Origin: Polyangia bacterium
Lineage (GTDB): Bacteria > Myxococcota_A > Polyangia > JAAYKL01
Direction of reading: 5' to 3'
Length of the DNA: 59,909 bases
Assembly: GCA_050304755.1 (NCBI GenBank)
Contig: JBNLED010000067.1
Coordinates: forward strand, 1-59,909
Shown: positions 37,401 through 47,121 of the stretch, one piece after another
Numbering within the stretch: the first letter of the stretch is position 1
Layout: every line of letters starts with the position of its first letter
Notes under the pieces: generated by a model
Seen by the model: the letters and a program-made list of their open reading frames with translations, nothing else
What the model was told of the DNA's origin: nothing
The model's database searches: none
Translations under genes and position numbers: made by a program

Positions 37401-39675
37401 CTACTGGCACCAGCTGGGACAAACGGGGAAAGAGCGGCGTGCCGCTTTGGGCTCCAAGCTTCGAGGCGTCGGGGAGATCAACAAGATTTTTCAAAGTCGC
37501 AGGCAGCGGGCGCAGTACCTCCCGGAGCTTCAGACCGAGCTGGAGAATTTCACTCGGGAAGCAGGGCTCTTCGATATCATTTATTGTGCACCGGCGGCCG
37601 AGTATCTCTTCGATGTCCTCACCAACGAGGAGCGGTTCGCCATCAGCGGGGAGGCCCACCGGATCTACCGCGGCCTCATGGATCACCTGGACCGGCGGGG
37701 CGCAACGAAAGCGCTGCAAGAGCCCCTCGACCAGCTGGGGGACCGGTTTGCCGACGCGCTCGTACTGCTCAAGGATTGGGTATCTGCCTTCCTCGAGAGC
37801 CGTCATGAGGAGGCATCCGATGACTACATCGAAGAGGTGGCGGTGCTGTTTATCAACGGCCTCTTCGACAGCCAACTCGTGGTCAGCGCCGAGGTGGAGC
37901 AGGAGATAGTCGGGCTGGTGGGGGATCACCCGGTGCTCGTCGAGGGAAAGGTGACCCTCAACTACAACCGCTTCACCATGAAGCTGACCCGGTTCGAGAT
38001 GGAGACGGTGCCGCTCTTCGAGGCGCACCAGCGGCTGAAAAAAGAGATCGTCGAGGAGGCCACCGATGCGCTCCGGCTGGAGGAGTTCCGCCCGCGGATT
38101 CTCAGCTCGTTCGTGCGCAACCGGCTCATCGACAAGGTGTACCTGCCCCTGGTGGGGGATAACCTGGCCAAACAGATCGGCGTGGTGGGCGCGGAGACCC
38201 GCACCGATCGGATGGGGCTTTTGCTGCTCATCTCCCCGCCGGGCTATGGCAAGACCACCCTGATGGAGTATATCGCCAACCGCCTTGGGGTCATCTTCAT
38301 GAAGATCAACGGCCCCGCCATCGGTCACAAAGTGACCTCTCTCGATCCCGGGGAGGCGCCCAACGCGGCGGCCCGGGAGGAGATGAAGAAGCTCAGCCTC
38401 TCCTTCGAGATGGGCGACAACGTGATGATTTACCTGGACGACATTCAGCACTGCAACCCGGAGTTCCTTCAGAAGTTCATCTCCCTCTGCGACGCCCAGC
38501 GAAAGATCGAGGGGGTGTACAAGGGCCGGACCCGGACCTACGACTTCCGCGGGCGGCGGGTCTGCGTGGTGATGGCGGGCAACCCCTACTCCGAGAGCGG
38601 CGAGGCGTTCAAGATCCCCGACATGCTGGCCAACCGGGCGGACACCTACAACCTGGGGGACATCATCGGCGAGAGCGACGAGGCCTTCAAGCTCAGCTAC
38701 CTGGAGAACGCCCTCACCTCGAGTCCGGTCCTCGGGAAGATGGCCGCCAAGAACTTCAAAGACGTGTACGGCATCATCCGGGCCGCGGCGTCGGGGAGCC
38801 GGGAGGGGATAGACTTCGAGGGGAACTACTCGGGGCCGGAAATCGAGGAGTACATCTCGGTGATGAAGAAGCTCCTCAAGGTCCGCGATGTGATCCTGAA
38901 GGTCAACCAGCAGTACATCTACTCGGCGGCCCAGGCGGACGAGTACCGCACCGAGCCCCCCTTCAAGCTCCAGGGATCGTACCGGAACATGAACCGCATC
39001 ACCGAGAAGGTGCTGCCCATCATGAACGACGAGGAGCTCGTCAACCTGGTGAACGACCACTACGCGAGCGAGTCCCAGACCCTGACCACCGCCTCCGAGG
39101 CCAACCTGCTCAAGTTCAAGGCGCTCACCGACGCCCTCACCGGGCCCGAGGCCGACCGCTGGAACGAGATTAGGAGCACCTTCAACCGGAACCAGCTCCT
39201 CGGCGACGACAGCGATCCCATGCGCCAGGTCATCGCGGTGCTCAGCACGTTCCGGGAGGGGCTCGGCGCCATTCAGGGGACCCTGGAGAGCGGCATCGAG
39301 CAGATGGCGAACAGCCAGCCCATTGTTATTGAGACCTCCCGGGCGGTCTCCCTCGATACTTCCGAGGAGGAGTCGACGGGAATGTTCCAAGCACCGGAGA
39401 GGACCATCCCCGCGGCGGAGAGGACCGTTCCGGTATCAAAGAGGACGGTTCCCGCGGAGGAGACCGTCCGCGTATCGAACACCGATCCCCCACCGGAGGA
39501 CAAGCCCCCGCAGGCACAGAAGAGCGCTTCGCCGTCATCAAAGAAAGCGCTCCGGTCATCGGTGAAGTCGCGCGCCCCGTCCGACCAGAAGACGAGCTCC
39601 CCGGCTCCCAAGAAGGGGGCCTCGACGTCCGCGGCGGCACGGCGGATCATCAATATTCATGACGAGGAGGAGTAA
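34402..39675 (+). CDS. Giant protein (1757 aa) with one MoxR/AAA_5-like ATPase module near the C-terminus; function unknown.
   Basis: A continuous ORF with good codon usage. A GGAAGG SD precedes the ATG, which is 27 nt after the flotillin stop. Walker A LLLISPPGYGKTTL is at about 38230. Walker B MIYLDDIQH is at about 38430, and a MoxR-type sensor region VCVVMAGNPY...IPDMLANRADTY follows. The N-terminal ~450 aa look beta-rich, the middle ~800 aa helical, and the C-terminal tail is Pro/Ser/Lys-rich with three ERT(I/V)P repeats. Confidence 0.7.
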   Translation: MAEAEAKREETKEQLAGGTYEIIRNRLNNHAEALRGRLDALNQARKEVFGSIESALIAQERVTTDNNCVPRDMVCIGEQFLFGYNVHLGLKSEFKVGDVFSVYSYADHAFTKTELTLIKDKQFQEDFRNLYHYYKATSFSQFARIGTSLFMVFRVGKDTDAIKTFKWVVNEDHTLTYVDNRSDHEYRFPPQHEFEWRRATRDQHRGGEFPHVSIDDRIFVETTGGDLTVKVEDNTETGAGIYAEPVDDPDQTLDDAEFHYAVLGNLILLKIKPYREEAYRYIVYNEKVQEARRIDTIKDACVLLPEDHGIIFSNGYYLQNGEFKLFESELSDMHFRKRISSPNGEDTLFVFFNRESGTYMLLAYNMIEQTVATPTVCNGYSTFENGEMIYFKSDGEPKKHHPIQIWQTPFVSANYEAPQKSDSFLYKLGNRDIVRAMAACRAVLNLVGKEESYANVYVDISREANDILDAYFWLDKEEAENLREPLEGIRRAAGNAIEEFEKVVRLRKDTAEQVGAASAEIKEILSGIATRRFADIGDFVELLARLRTVRGRTIGLKELRYVDLEEVAALEKVVEENTASLANRCVAFLLSDEALAPYEQKVVKLKAAIEPVKTVKDAKSLESEIVTSGGELEMLIEIVSNLKIEDARDRTKIIDGISEIYATLNQARSTLSNRIKFLASAEGEAEFGSQIKLLDQAVINYLDVCDTPEKCDEYLTKITVQVGELEGRFSDFDQFIIELTEKRDEIYNAFESRKLSLVEARNKKTDAYLRSAERILSGINTRVQQLTTVEEINGYFASDLMVDKVRDIIEQLRELDDIVKADDIQSRLKTLMQDTLRQLRDRNELFVAGENVIKFGEHHFSVNTQDLALTIVDREDGLYLHLTGTNFFERIDDPRIEETRPVWDQQLVSENEEVYRGEVLAYAMLKALRGDPKAFEDAASLNEESLVPEVREFMAPLYAEGYVKGVHDVDAAKYLAVLLRMEATIGLLRFHPRARALAMLYWHQLGQTGKERRAALGSKLRGVGEINKIFQSRRQRAQYLPELQTELENFTREAGLFDIIYCAPAAEYLFDVLTNEERFAISGEAHRIYRGLMDHLDRRGATKALQEPLDQLGDRFADALVLLKDWVSAFLESRHEEASDDYIEEVAVLFINGLFDSQLVVSAEVEQEIVGLVGDHPVLVEGKVTLNYNRFTMKLTRFEMETVPLFEAHQRLKKEIVEEATDALRLEEFRPRILSSFVRNRLIDKVYLPLVGDNLAKQIGVVGAETRTDRMGLLLLISPPGYGKTTLMEYIANRLGVIFMKINGPAIGHKVTSLDPGEAPNAAAREEMKKLSLSFEMGDNVMIYLDDIQHCNPEFLQKFISLCDAQRKIEGVYKGRTRTYDFRGRRVCVVMAGNPYSESGEAFKIPDMLANRADTYNLGDIIGESDEAFKLSYLENALTSSPVLGKMAAKNFKDVYGIIRAAASGSREGIDFEGNYSGPEIEEYISVMKKLLKVRDVILKVNQQYIYSAAQADEYRTEPPFKLQGSYRNMNRITEKVLPIMNDEELVNLVNDHYASESQTLTTASEANLLKFKALTDALTGPEADRWNEIRSTFNRNQLLGDDSDPMRQVIAVLSTFREGLGAIQGTLESGIEQMANSQPIVIETSRAVSLDTSEEESTGMFQAPERTIPAAERTVPVSKRTVPAEETVRVSNTDPPPEDKPPQAQKSASPSSKKALRSSVKSRAPSDQKTSSPAPKKGASTSAAARRIINIHDEEE

Positions 39676-39714
39676 GGCCTCTGAGCAGAATCAACGCGAC
39701 GCGGCCCTGAGGCG

Positions 39715-41031
39715 CTAGCGAAGCGCGACGCGAGCGGCGTAAGCGTCCACCGCCTCCAGCGCGGTCGCGGCCGCCGCTTCCCGCCGCTGCCGTTTCCCCT
39801 GTCCCCGCTTTTTCGGCGGCGTATCGATCATCATCCACACGACGTTGGAGGGTTGGAAGTTTGCCGCGGGGAGGGTCAGATACCGCAGCAATCCACCGAT
39901 GGCCGTGGTGGGAGGTGGGGGCTCCAGATCCGTCCCTCGGATTTCGGCGGCGATGAACAATCCCGCCATCAGACCGCAGGCGATGGACTCCACGTAGCCC
40001 TCGACCCCGCTGATCTGGCCGGCCAGGGTGATTCGGGGAGAGGACTTCAACCGCAGGCGGCGGTCCAGGATTTCAGGCGCGTTTACGAAGGTGTTCCGGT
40101 GGACCTGACCGTATCTCTCGAACACCGCCCGCTCCAGGCCGGGGATGAGCCGGAAGATCCGTTTCTGCTCCGGTCGGGTGAGCCGGGTCTGGAAGCCCAC
40201 CAGGTTGAACGCCGTGCCCTCCCGGTCCTCCCGCCGCAGCTGGACCACGGCGAAGGGCCGCCTGCCGGTTCTTGGATCCGTCAGACCAACGGGCTTGAGG
40301 GGGCCGTGGGCCAGGGTGAGGGGACCCCTCCGGGCGATCTCCTCCACCGGAAGACACCCCTCGAAGAACGGCGCGTGCTCGAAGTCTTTGAGGGCGACCT
40401 TTTCGGCGGCGAGCAGCGCCTCCACGAACCGGAAGTACTGCGCCTCGTCCATAGGACAGTTGAGGTAGGCGCTGTCCTCGGCGGGATCCTCGTACCTCGA
40501 GGCGGCGAACACCACCTCCCGGTCGATTCGGTCCCCGGCGACGAGGGGGGCGATGGCGTCGTGATAGTGGAGCAGGGCGCCGTGGGACGAGAGCGCCTCC
40601 GCCAGCCCGCCGCCGGTGAGGGGGCCGGTGGCGACGATGACCCGATCGTCCGGAAGTCGCTCGATGGTTTCAGTGGATATGGTGATGTTCTCGTGGCTGG
40701 AAACCGCCGCCTCCACGGCCTCGGAGAAGAGGACCCGATCGACCGCAAGGGCCCGCCCCGCGGGAACTGCGGTCCGCTCCGCCACGCGCATCAACAGGGA
40801 CCCGAGCCGTTTCAGCTCCTCCTTGAGCAGGCCGACGGCGGAGGAGAGCGCGCCGCCGCGGAGGGAATTGGAGCAGACGAGCTCGGCCAGCCGCGGGGAG
40901 CTGTGCGCCGGGGACATCCGCTCTGGTTTCATCTCCTTGAGGACCACCGGGAGCCCTCTCTCGGCGAGCTGCCAGGCCGCCTCGCATCCCGCAAGCCCGC
41001 CGCCGACCACGGTAATGGGGTCATTCGTCAT
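39715..41031 (-). CDS. trmFO: Methylenetetrahydrofolate--tRNA-(uracil54-C5)-methyltransferase TrmFO (Gid).
   Basis: FAD-binding motif ITVVGGGLAGCEAAWQLAERG is followed by the signature ELVCSNSLRG. Length is 438 aa. Confidence 0.85.
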   Translation of the reverse strand: MTNDPITVVGGGLAGCEAAWQLAERGLPVVLKEMKPERMSPAHSSPRLAELVCSNSLRGGALSSAVGLLKEELKRLGSLLMRVAERTAVPAGRALAVDRVLFSEAVEAAVSSHENITISTETIERLPDDRVIVATGPLTGGGLAEALSSHGALLHYHDAIAPLVAGDRIDREVVFAASRYEDPAEDSAYLNCPMDEAQYFRFVEALLAAEKVALKDFEHAPFFEGCLPVEEIARRGPLTLAHGPLKPVGLTDPRTGRRPFAVVQLRREDREGTAFNLVGFQTRLTRPEQKRIFRLIPGLERAVFERYGQVHRNTFVNAPEILDRRLRLKSSPRITLAGQISGVEGYVESIACGLMAGLFIAAEIRGTDLEPPPPTTAIGGLLRYLTLPAANFQPSNVVWMMIDTPPKKRGQGKRQRREAAAATALEAVDAYAARVALR

Positions 41032-41285
41032 TACGAAATGCTTCTAGCACGATAGGGGAGATTGCAAAATGCTTCTGATTGTTGACCACCACGTCGGACG
41101 ACGGAACGAACTGCTAAGTTGTCGATATTGCTTGTGTGTTTGGCGTGTCCTGTGCTCCCTTGTTTTCTACTGAGCCCGGAGCACGGCAGATTTATTGATA
41201 AATTTTATATCTTGTTTGTACGATACTTAAGAATATAATTGAGCAAAAATCGTCTATTCGACCAGACAGTAGAACCAAGGAGTCA

Positions 41286-41531
41286 ATGAGTATGAAAAAG
41301 ATACTGCTAACCCTGATTTTTGGCACCATGTTCGCCGCCACGATGCTCTCGGCAAACGGCAAGCACAACAAGGCCCACCTCAGCATGAAGGGAAAGGACG
41401 ACGCGAAAATCAACTGCGTCTACTGCCACAAGACCGCGAAGATAGCGAAGAAGAAGGGGCAGGATCTCAAGCAGTTCGACTCGAGTCCCTACTGCTCGGG
41501 CAAGGGCTGCCATCCCGTCCCGCCGAAGTAA
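41286..41531 (+). CDS. Small secreted mono-heme c-type cytochrome (about 55-aa mature protein) in a low-GC islet.
   Basis: The signal peptide is MKKILLTLIFGTMFAATMLSANG. CVYCH is a CxxCH haem-binding motif, and a second CSGKGCH (CxxxxCH) lies near the C-terminus. An AAGGAG SD is well spaced for the second ATG at 41292. The surrounding ~350 bp are AT-rich, unlike the rest of the window. Confidence 0.55.
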   Translation: MSMKKILLTLIFGTMFAATMLSANGKHNKAHLSMKGKDDAKINCVYCHKTAKIAKKKGQDLKQFDSSPYCSGKGCHPVPPK

Positions 41532-41556
41532 CCAAGGCGGCCGACCTGTTCGGCGA

Positions 41557-43158
41557 TCACCGTTTCAAGAAGAGCTTCAAAGTGTGGGCGGCCTCTTTCG
41601 TGTCGAAGGGGCAGTCCTTCAGCTCGTCCCGTCGGCTCACGGCCTCGAAGGTCTGATCCAGAAAATTCATGAAGTCTTCGCAGGCGGTGATGACGTTGGA
41701 GACCTGCTGAATTTCCAGCACGGCCCCGTCCCGCAGCCGATCCACGAGCTGCATGAACTTGTCGAACTCGGCGTAGTCGGAGTAGCGGAGGAGCTGGTAC
41801 CCCATGGTGCGGAAATACCCTACGAACTCCCGGACGAACCGGAAGGTGTTCATCCCGGACCAGCGATCGGTGGTCTTGATGGTTCCCCGGGTCTTCTCGA
41901 TGAAGGCCCGAAGCACCTTCTGGAACATCCAGATGTCCCGCCGCAGCCGATTGGAGCGCTCCTTCGCCGAGACGAACTGGACGAACACCCGCTTCCCCTG
42001 GAGCGTGGGATCGAACTCCCGGGCGAGGAGGATCGTGGCGTTCTGGATGAACGCGGTCAGAGAGGTGCAGGCCGCAGCGGTCCGGTCGGTGAACTGCTTC
42101 CAGCTGTCGATGGCGCCGATGGCCGGGATCTGCTGTTCATAGGATTTGATCTGTTCGAGGCGGAGCTGATCTCCCGTCGAAACGAGCAGCTCCTTGACGG
42201 CCCGGAGCCGTTTGAACTCATCGTGCAGGCCGGCGTACCGCGATGAGAGGGTGACGGGGGGCAGCCGATCATAGAGCTTGGCGAATCCCGAAGAGAGCCA
42301 GCGGGAGGCCTCCCGCTTGAAGAAGATGATGAGCGCCCGGGTGTCGGAGCGCAGCACCGCGAGCCAGGCGAGCAGCACCCGCGGGGGGACCTTCTGGCTG
42401 ATGGCGCGGCGGATGCATCGCATGTACTTGAGCAGCCGGAACATGGAGAGGAAGGTGAGGGTCATCACCCGCCTCGCGGGTTCGCTCTCGATATTCTGGA
42501 TCAGGTGGAGCATCCGGTCCGGGTGCACCTTGTCGAACTCCTCCCGGAATTCCAGGGCGGCCAGGGGGTCGAAGAAGGTCGACCGGTGGATCTCCCGCTG
42601 GGCCAGATGGATGATGTTCGAGAAGAGCCGAAAGGAGACGTGGGGCAGCCTGGAGAGGCCGTCGACAATCTCGAGCAGGTTGCTGAAGCCGCCGATGATG
42701 AGCCTCAGGCTCTGGTTGGGGTTGTCCTGATCCAGGGACTGCTTCACCATCTTGAAGCGGGCCTCGTCCTGGCCGATGATGCTCTCCAGATACCGCTGGA
42801 AGATCAGGGAGCTCCCCTGGGTTCGCGAGAGCTTCCGACCAACGGAGATGATTCGCCGGATGATGTCGCGGGCGATGGCGAGCTCCTCCTTGAACGCCCT
42901 GGCCACCGCCGGCTCTCCCCGGAGCGGAGGCCCGGGATGGTTGACCGGGTTGCCGAAACAGATGAGCCCCTTGAGCAGCATCTCGAACTCGAAGAAGACG
43001 TTCTCCTTGTCCGGGAGGATCAGGCCGTCGAACCAGATGGCCCTCGCCGCGGCGTGCTCCTTTCTCAACCACCGGGATCCCTCGATGAACTCGATGTAGT
43101 AGTTGCGCTTCCCCGACGGCCTCTCCTCGGTTCTGTCATCGTTGAGGCTGACGCTCAA
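41557..43158 (-). CDS. Hypothetical protein (533 aa), translationally coupled to ruvB.
   Basis: The ORF is in a consistent frame with no recognisable motif and is predicted alpha-helical. Its start overlaps the ruvB stop (43155-43158). Confidence 0.5.
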   Translation of the reverse strand: MSVSLNDDRTEERPSGKRNYYIEFIEGSRWLRKEHAAARAIWFDGLILPDKENVFFEFEMLLKGLICFGNPVNHPGPPLRGEPAVARAFKEELAIARDIIRRIISVGRKLSRTQGSSLIFQRYLESIIGQDEARFKMVKQSLDQDNPNQSLRLIIGGFSNLLEIVDGLSRLPHVSFRLFSNIIHLAQREIHRSTFFDPLAALEFREEFDKVHPDRMLHLIQNIESEPARRVMTLTFLSMFRLLKYMRCIRRAISQKVPPRVLLAWLAVLRSDTRALIIFFKREASRWLSSGFAKLYDRLPPVTLSSRYAGLHDEFKRLRAVKELLVSTGDQLRLEQIKSYEQQIPAIGAIDSWKQFTDRTAAACTSLTAFIQNATILLAREFDPTLQGKRVFVQFVSAKERSNRLRRDIWMFQKVLRAFIEKTRGTIKTTDRWSGMNTFRFVREFVGYFRTMGYQLLRYSDYAEFDKFMQLVDRLRDGAVLEIQQVSNVITACEDFMNFLDQTFEAVSRRDELKDCPFDTKEAAHTLKLFLKR

Positions 43159-44189
43159 AACAACCTCCCCTGAGAGGGACCGTCGAAGGGTAGCCCCAGG
43201 TGCTCGTATGCCCTCCGTGTGGCGACCCGACCGCGGGGGGTCCGTTTGAGATAGCCGTTCTGGATGAGGTAGGGCTCGTAGACGTCCTCGACCGTGTCCC
43301 TGGGCTCCGCCACCGCCGCGGCGATGGTCTCGATCCCCACCGGGCCGCCGTCGAACTTGTCGATGATGGTCAGGAGAATCCGGCGATCCATCTCGTCGAA
43401 CCCGGCGCTGTCCACGTCCAGCCGTTCCAGGGCGTATTCCGCCACCTTCAGGTCTACCCGGCCGTCCCCCTTCACCTCGGCGAAGTCCCGCACCCGCCGC
43501 AGCAGCCGGTTGGCGATCCGCGGTGTTCCTCGGGCCCGTTTGGCGATCTCCCGGGCCCCCTCCGGGGCGATGGGGACGTCGAGCAGCTTGGCGGATCGCA
43601 GCACGATCTGTTCAAGCTCCTCGGGAGGGTAGTAGTCGAGCCGGAGGGTGACGCCGAAGCGGGAGAGCAGCGGCGAGGTGAGGAGCCCCGTGCGCGTGGT
43701 GGCCCCGACCAGCGTGAAGGGCTGGAGGGGGAGCTTGTAGGAGGCGGCGTGGGGTCCGTCTCCGGCGACGATGTCAATCTCGAACTCCTCGATGGCGGGG
43801 TAGATGTTCTCCTCCACGATGGGGTTGAGGCGGTGAATTTCATCGATGAAGAGCACGTCCCGGTGCTCCACTTTGCTCAGCAGGGCGGCGAGGGAGCCCT
43901 TATGCTCCACCGCGGGGCCGGAGGTCATGTGAATCTCCACGCCGAGCTCCGCCGCGATGATGTGGGCGAGGGTGGTCTTCCCGAGGCCCGGGGGACCCGA
44001 GAGTAGCACGTGGTCGAGGGGTTCGCTCCGCCTCCGGGCCGCCTCGATGTAAACCTTGAGGTTCGCCTTGTGCCGGGTCTGTCCTATGTATTCATCGAGG
44101 GTGCGGGGCCTGAGCGTGAGATCGAAGACCCGATCCCCGTCCTCCATGACGGGCTCGAGAACGCCGCGATCAGGGGGCGAAGAGTCCAT
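43155..44189 (-). CDS. ruvB: Holliday junction branch-migration helicase RuvB.
   Basis: The Walker A region is [23 protein letters not shown]. Other conserved RuvB motifs are present ([25 protein letters not shown]). Confidence 0.9.
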   Translation of the reverse strand: MDSSPPDRGVLEPVMEDGDRVFDLTLRPRTLDEYIGQTRHKANLKVYIEAARRRSEPLDHVLLSGPPGLGKTTLAHIIAAELGVEIHMTSGPAVEHKGSLAALLSKVEHRDVLFIDEIHRLNPIVEENIYPAIEEFEIDIVAGDGPHAASYKLPLQPFTLVGATTRTGLLTSPLLSRFGVTLRLDYYPPEELEQIVLRSAKLLDVPIAPEGAREIAKRARGTPRIANRLLRRVRDFAEVKGDGRVDLKVAEYALERLDVDSAGFDEMDRRILLTIIDKFDGGPVGIETIAAAVAEPRDTVEDVYEPYLIQNGYLKRTPRGRVATRRAYEHLGLPFDGPSQGRLF

Positions 44190-44192
44190 GGC

Positions 44193-44780
44193 CTAACGCT
44201 CCTTCAACATCCCGAGGGCCTCCCGGAGGGCGATCTCGAAGGGGGCCTCCTGGAGCCCCTTCTGGCGGATCTCCGCCAGCACCCGATCCACCTGACCGGC
44301 CTTGAATCCCAAATTCTGGAGGGCCGAGCCGAGCTCGGACAGCATGCCCGTTCGCGCTCCGTCCGGCTGCTCCTTGGAGGGCTTCAGCTTCCCCCCCAGC
44401 TCCAGGATCATGCGCTCCGCGGTCTTCTTTCCGATGCCCGGGATAGCCGAGAGCCGTCTCGCGTCCGATTCCCCGATGACCCGGGCCAGCTCCTGTCCCG
44501 ACAGGCCGCCGAGCACGGCCAGCGCCAGCTTGGGGCCCACGCCGCTCACCTTGAGCATGGTCTGGAACGCGACCTTGTCGTTCTTGGAGTCGAAGCCGAA
44601 CAGCTTGAAATCGTCCTCCCGCACATAAGTATGAATGTGGAGGGTCGCCGTCTCCCCCGCCTTGGGGAGCCCGGCGAGGGTGCTGAGGGGAACCCAGACC
44701 TGGTATCCCACGCCCTGGACATCCAGGAGCACCGACTCCGTGTCCTTGTCCGCTATCTTCCCCTGAAGGCGACCGATCAT
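44193..44780 (-). CDS. ruvA: Holliday junction DNA-binding protein RuvA.
   Basis: The N-terminus MIGRLQGKI...LLDVQGVGYQVWVP is the RuvA OB domain. Two HhH motifs (GVGPKLALAVL and IPGIGKKTAERMILEL) follow. The track ORF is over-extended by 12 codons. Confidence 0.85.
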   Translation of the reverse strand: MIGRLQGKIADKDTESVLLDVQGVGYQVWVPLSTLAGLPKAGETATLHIHTYVREDDFKLFGFDSKNDKVAFQTMLKVSGVGPKLALAVLGGLSGQELARVIGESDARRLSAIPGIGKKTAERMILELGGKLKPSKEQPDGARTGMLSELGSALQNLGFKAGQVDRVLAEIRQKGLQEAPFEIALREALGMLKER

Positions 44781-44955
44781 GCGAGGAGCATACCGCCAAA
44801 GGTGCCCGGTAAACAAGTTTGGATTCGAAATAAGTAATCGGCGTCGTTGAACAAATTCATCTTCGCAAATACCGGCTTCCGGTCATTTGGCTATTGGCTT
44901 TTTACAATGAATACCGTATGCCATCGATTGTTGTCTCTAGTACAAGGAAATGTAA

Positions 44956-46902
44956 ATGACAGACCCTCGTTCGAGCAGCTCCACAGAAGAATCCCCTAAG
45001 AGAAAGCAGCGATGGAAGGTGATGGATGAGGCCCGAGATTGGACGCTCTCCATCCTGGCGGTCTTCATCGCAATCAAGGTGGCGATGGTGGTCACCGAGC
45101 CTTCGATTGAGCTCAAGTGGTATGAGTGGTTCCTCGCGCCGGCGTCTTTCACCTATCAGAACCTGATCGCTTCTCTCGTGGTTTTCGCCGTTTACATCGG
45201 GGTGATGCGGGTCAAGCGTCTGAACCGTCCGGCGCGCCTCGCGACGCTGGGGCTCATGGGAGTGGCGCAGATCGTCCTCACGTTCGTGCATATCGCCTCC
45301 CTCAGGGTGGAGCACATCATCCGGACCTATCCGACCTTCGAGATGACCGAGGCGGACTCAGAGGCGAGCATTTTCACCTCCTCGCTGCTGGATGTCTCGA
45401 ATCTGCCCTATACCCTCTCCGGTCTCCTCCTCTCGGTCCTTGCCATCGTGGCGCCGCTCCTGCTCTTTCGCCGTCTGAAGCTCGCCTCGTTGCGCGTGAG
45501 CTGGCGAAGGTGGCTCGTTATTCTCGCCGTCTGGATCGGCCTCGGGGTGGGGTGCGAGATGGGGATCTCCAGCGACGTGGGGGTCGCCACCGCCGATCCG
45601 TTCATCCATTACCTCGCGGACCTGGCGTCGAAGAAGCTCCCCGGGGGGGGCTCCTCCAAGGTCAAGGGATTCGATACCTTGCCCATATATGGAGAGCAAA
45701 AGGTGATGAGGACCTCTCGGCACTTCGAGCACCTCAACGAGTGGCGGGCGACCAAAAAGAACGTCCTGCTCATCGTCATGGAGTCCTCGCCGGTTCGCCA
45801 GATCAGCTTCATGAGACCGGTCGAGGGGGGTAAGGATACCATGCCGAACCTGAGGAAGCTCCGGAAGAACATGTTGACTCTGGAGAACCACTACAGCGTC
45901 CATCCGACGAGCATGAACGCCCTGTTCTCTATCGGCTGCTCGCTCTATCCCAATCCCGGCGGTGGTATCATTACCCACATCAACCCGCGAATTCCCTGTC
46001 ACTCCATCTCCGAGGTCTTCGCCAAGGCCAAGTACAAAACGGCGCTCTTTCACTCCGGCAAGTTCTCCTTCTGGGCCAAGCGGAAGTTCTACAATAACCG
46101 TGGGTTCTCGATAATGAAGGACGCCAAGTCCATGCCGGGGCGGCAGAAATCCAAGCAGTTCAAGTGGGGGATAGACGAGCTGACCACCGCTCGCGCGGTC
46201 TCGAATTACATCCAGAAGAACAAAGATACCCCCTTCTTCATTCAATACATCCCGGTGTTCCCCCATGTCCCCTACGACAACCCGGAGGGGGATCACGCCG
46301 TCTTTCCGAATCGTCGTCCCGAGGACAAGTACCATAACTCCCTTAGATACGCGGACAAGGCGTTTCAAATTGTCTTCGACGGGCTTCGCAAGGCGGGCGT
46401 GTTGAAGGACACCCTCGTCGCCATCGTTGGGGATCACGGCGAGGCGTTCCTGGAGCACAAGGGGAACCGGGTCCATTCGATCTATGTATACGAGGAGAAC
46501 GTCCATGTGGCCGCCGCTCTCTACAACCCCATCCTCTTCCCCAAGCACCGCGCGGTTCACCGGGTCACCGGGCATATCGATCTGCTGCCGACCATCGTCG
46601 ATATCGTCGGACTCCCCGCGGGAGAGGTCTGGGAGGGCCACAGCCTGCTGAAGGACGCGCCTTCTCCCCTCACCTATTTCTATGCGGATTGGGGGCCCAA
46701 GTTCATCGGGATGCGAGACGGCCAGTTCAAGGTCATTTACGATCTGAAGAAGAGTCGCTTCGAAATCTACGATCTGAAAAGCGACCCCGAAGAGAAGAAG
46801 AACCTCGCGGATCGCTTCAAGAAACGGTTGGAGCGGTATCGCCATGTCCTCACGAAGTGGAGAGAGTACCACATCAAGCTCATCCCGAATCTCGGCAAGT
46901 AG
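44956..46902 (+). CDS. Membrane-anchored sulfatase / alkaline-phosphatase-superfamily protein (LTA-synthase-like architecture).
   Basis: An N-terminal ~5-TM region precedes the catalytic domain. That domain has LLIVMESSPVRQISFM (an S-x-P-x-R-like signature) and VAIVGDHGEAFLEHKGNRVHS (a metal-binding DHG motif). Confidence 0.7.
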   Translation: MTDPRSSSSTEESPKRKQRWKVMDEARDWTLSILAVFIAIKVAMVVTEPSIELKWYEWFLAPASFTYQNLIASLVVFAVYIGVMRVKRLNRPARLATLGLMGVAQIVLTFVHIASLRVEHIIRTYPTFEMTEADSEASIFTSSLLDVSNLPYTLSGLLLSVLAIVAPLLLFRRLKLASLRVSWRRWLVILAVWIGLGVGCEMGISSDVGVATADPFIHYLADLASKKLPGGGSSKVKGFDTLPIYGEQKVMRTSRHFEHLNEWRATKKNVLLIVMESSPVRQISFMRPVEGGKDTMPNLRKLRKNMLTLENHYSVHPTSMNALFSIGCSLYPNPGGGIITHINPRIPCHSISEVFAKAKYKTALFHSGKFSFWAKRKFYNNRGFSIMKDAKSMPGRQKSKQFKWGIDELTTARAVSNYIQKNKDTPFFIQYIPVFPHVPYDNPEGDHAVFPNRRPEDKYHNSLRYADKAFQIVFDGLRKAGVLKDTLVAIVGDHGEAFLEHKGNRVHSIYVYEENVHVAAALYNPILFPKHRAVHRVTGHIDLLPTIVDIVGLPAGEVWEGHSLLKDAPSPLTYFYADWGPKFIGMRDGQFKVIYDLKKSRFEIYDLKSDPEEKKNLADRFKKRLERYRHVLTKWREYHIKLIPNLGK

Positions 46903-47121
46903 CCTCCATTCTTCCATCCGATAGTCGGCGGTTTTTCCCATCGCTCATCCTGATTGTTGCTCCGGATATTGTGTCGATAGTGGCACATTATGGCACATGT
47001 TTTGTGCCTAGAATCTTAAATATCCAAACAATGCAATTGTTTATGGCTTAAAGCCAAGTTGGCATAAATAATGCTGATTCCCTGTGCCAGACCACGAGGA
47101 CCGAGATTCGGGGAGGCCAAT

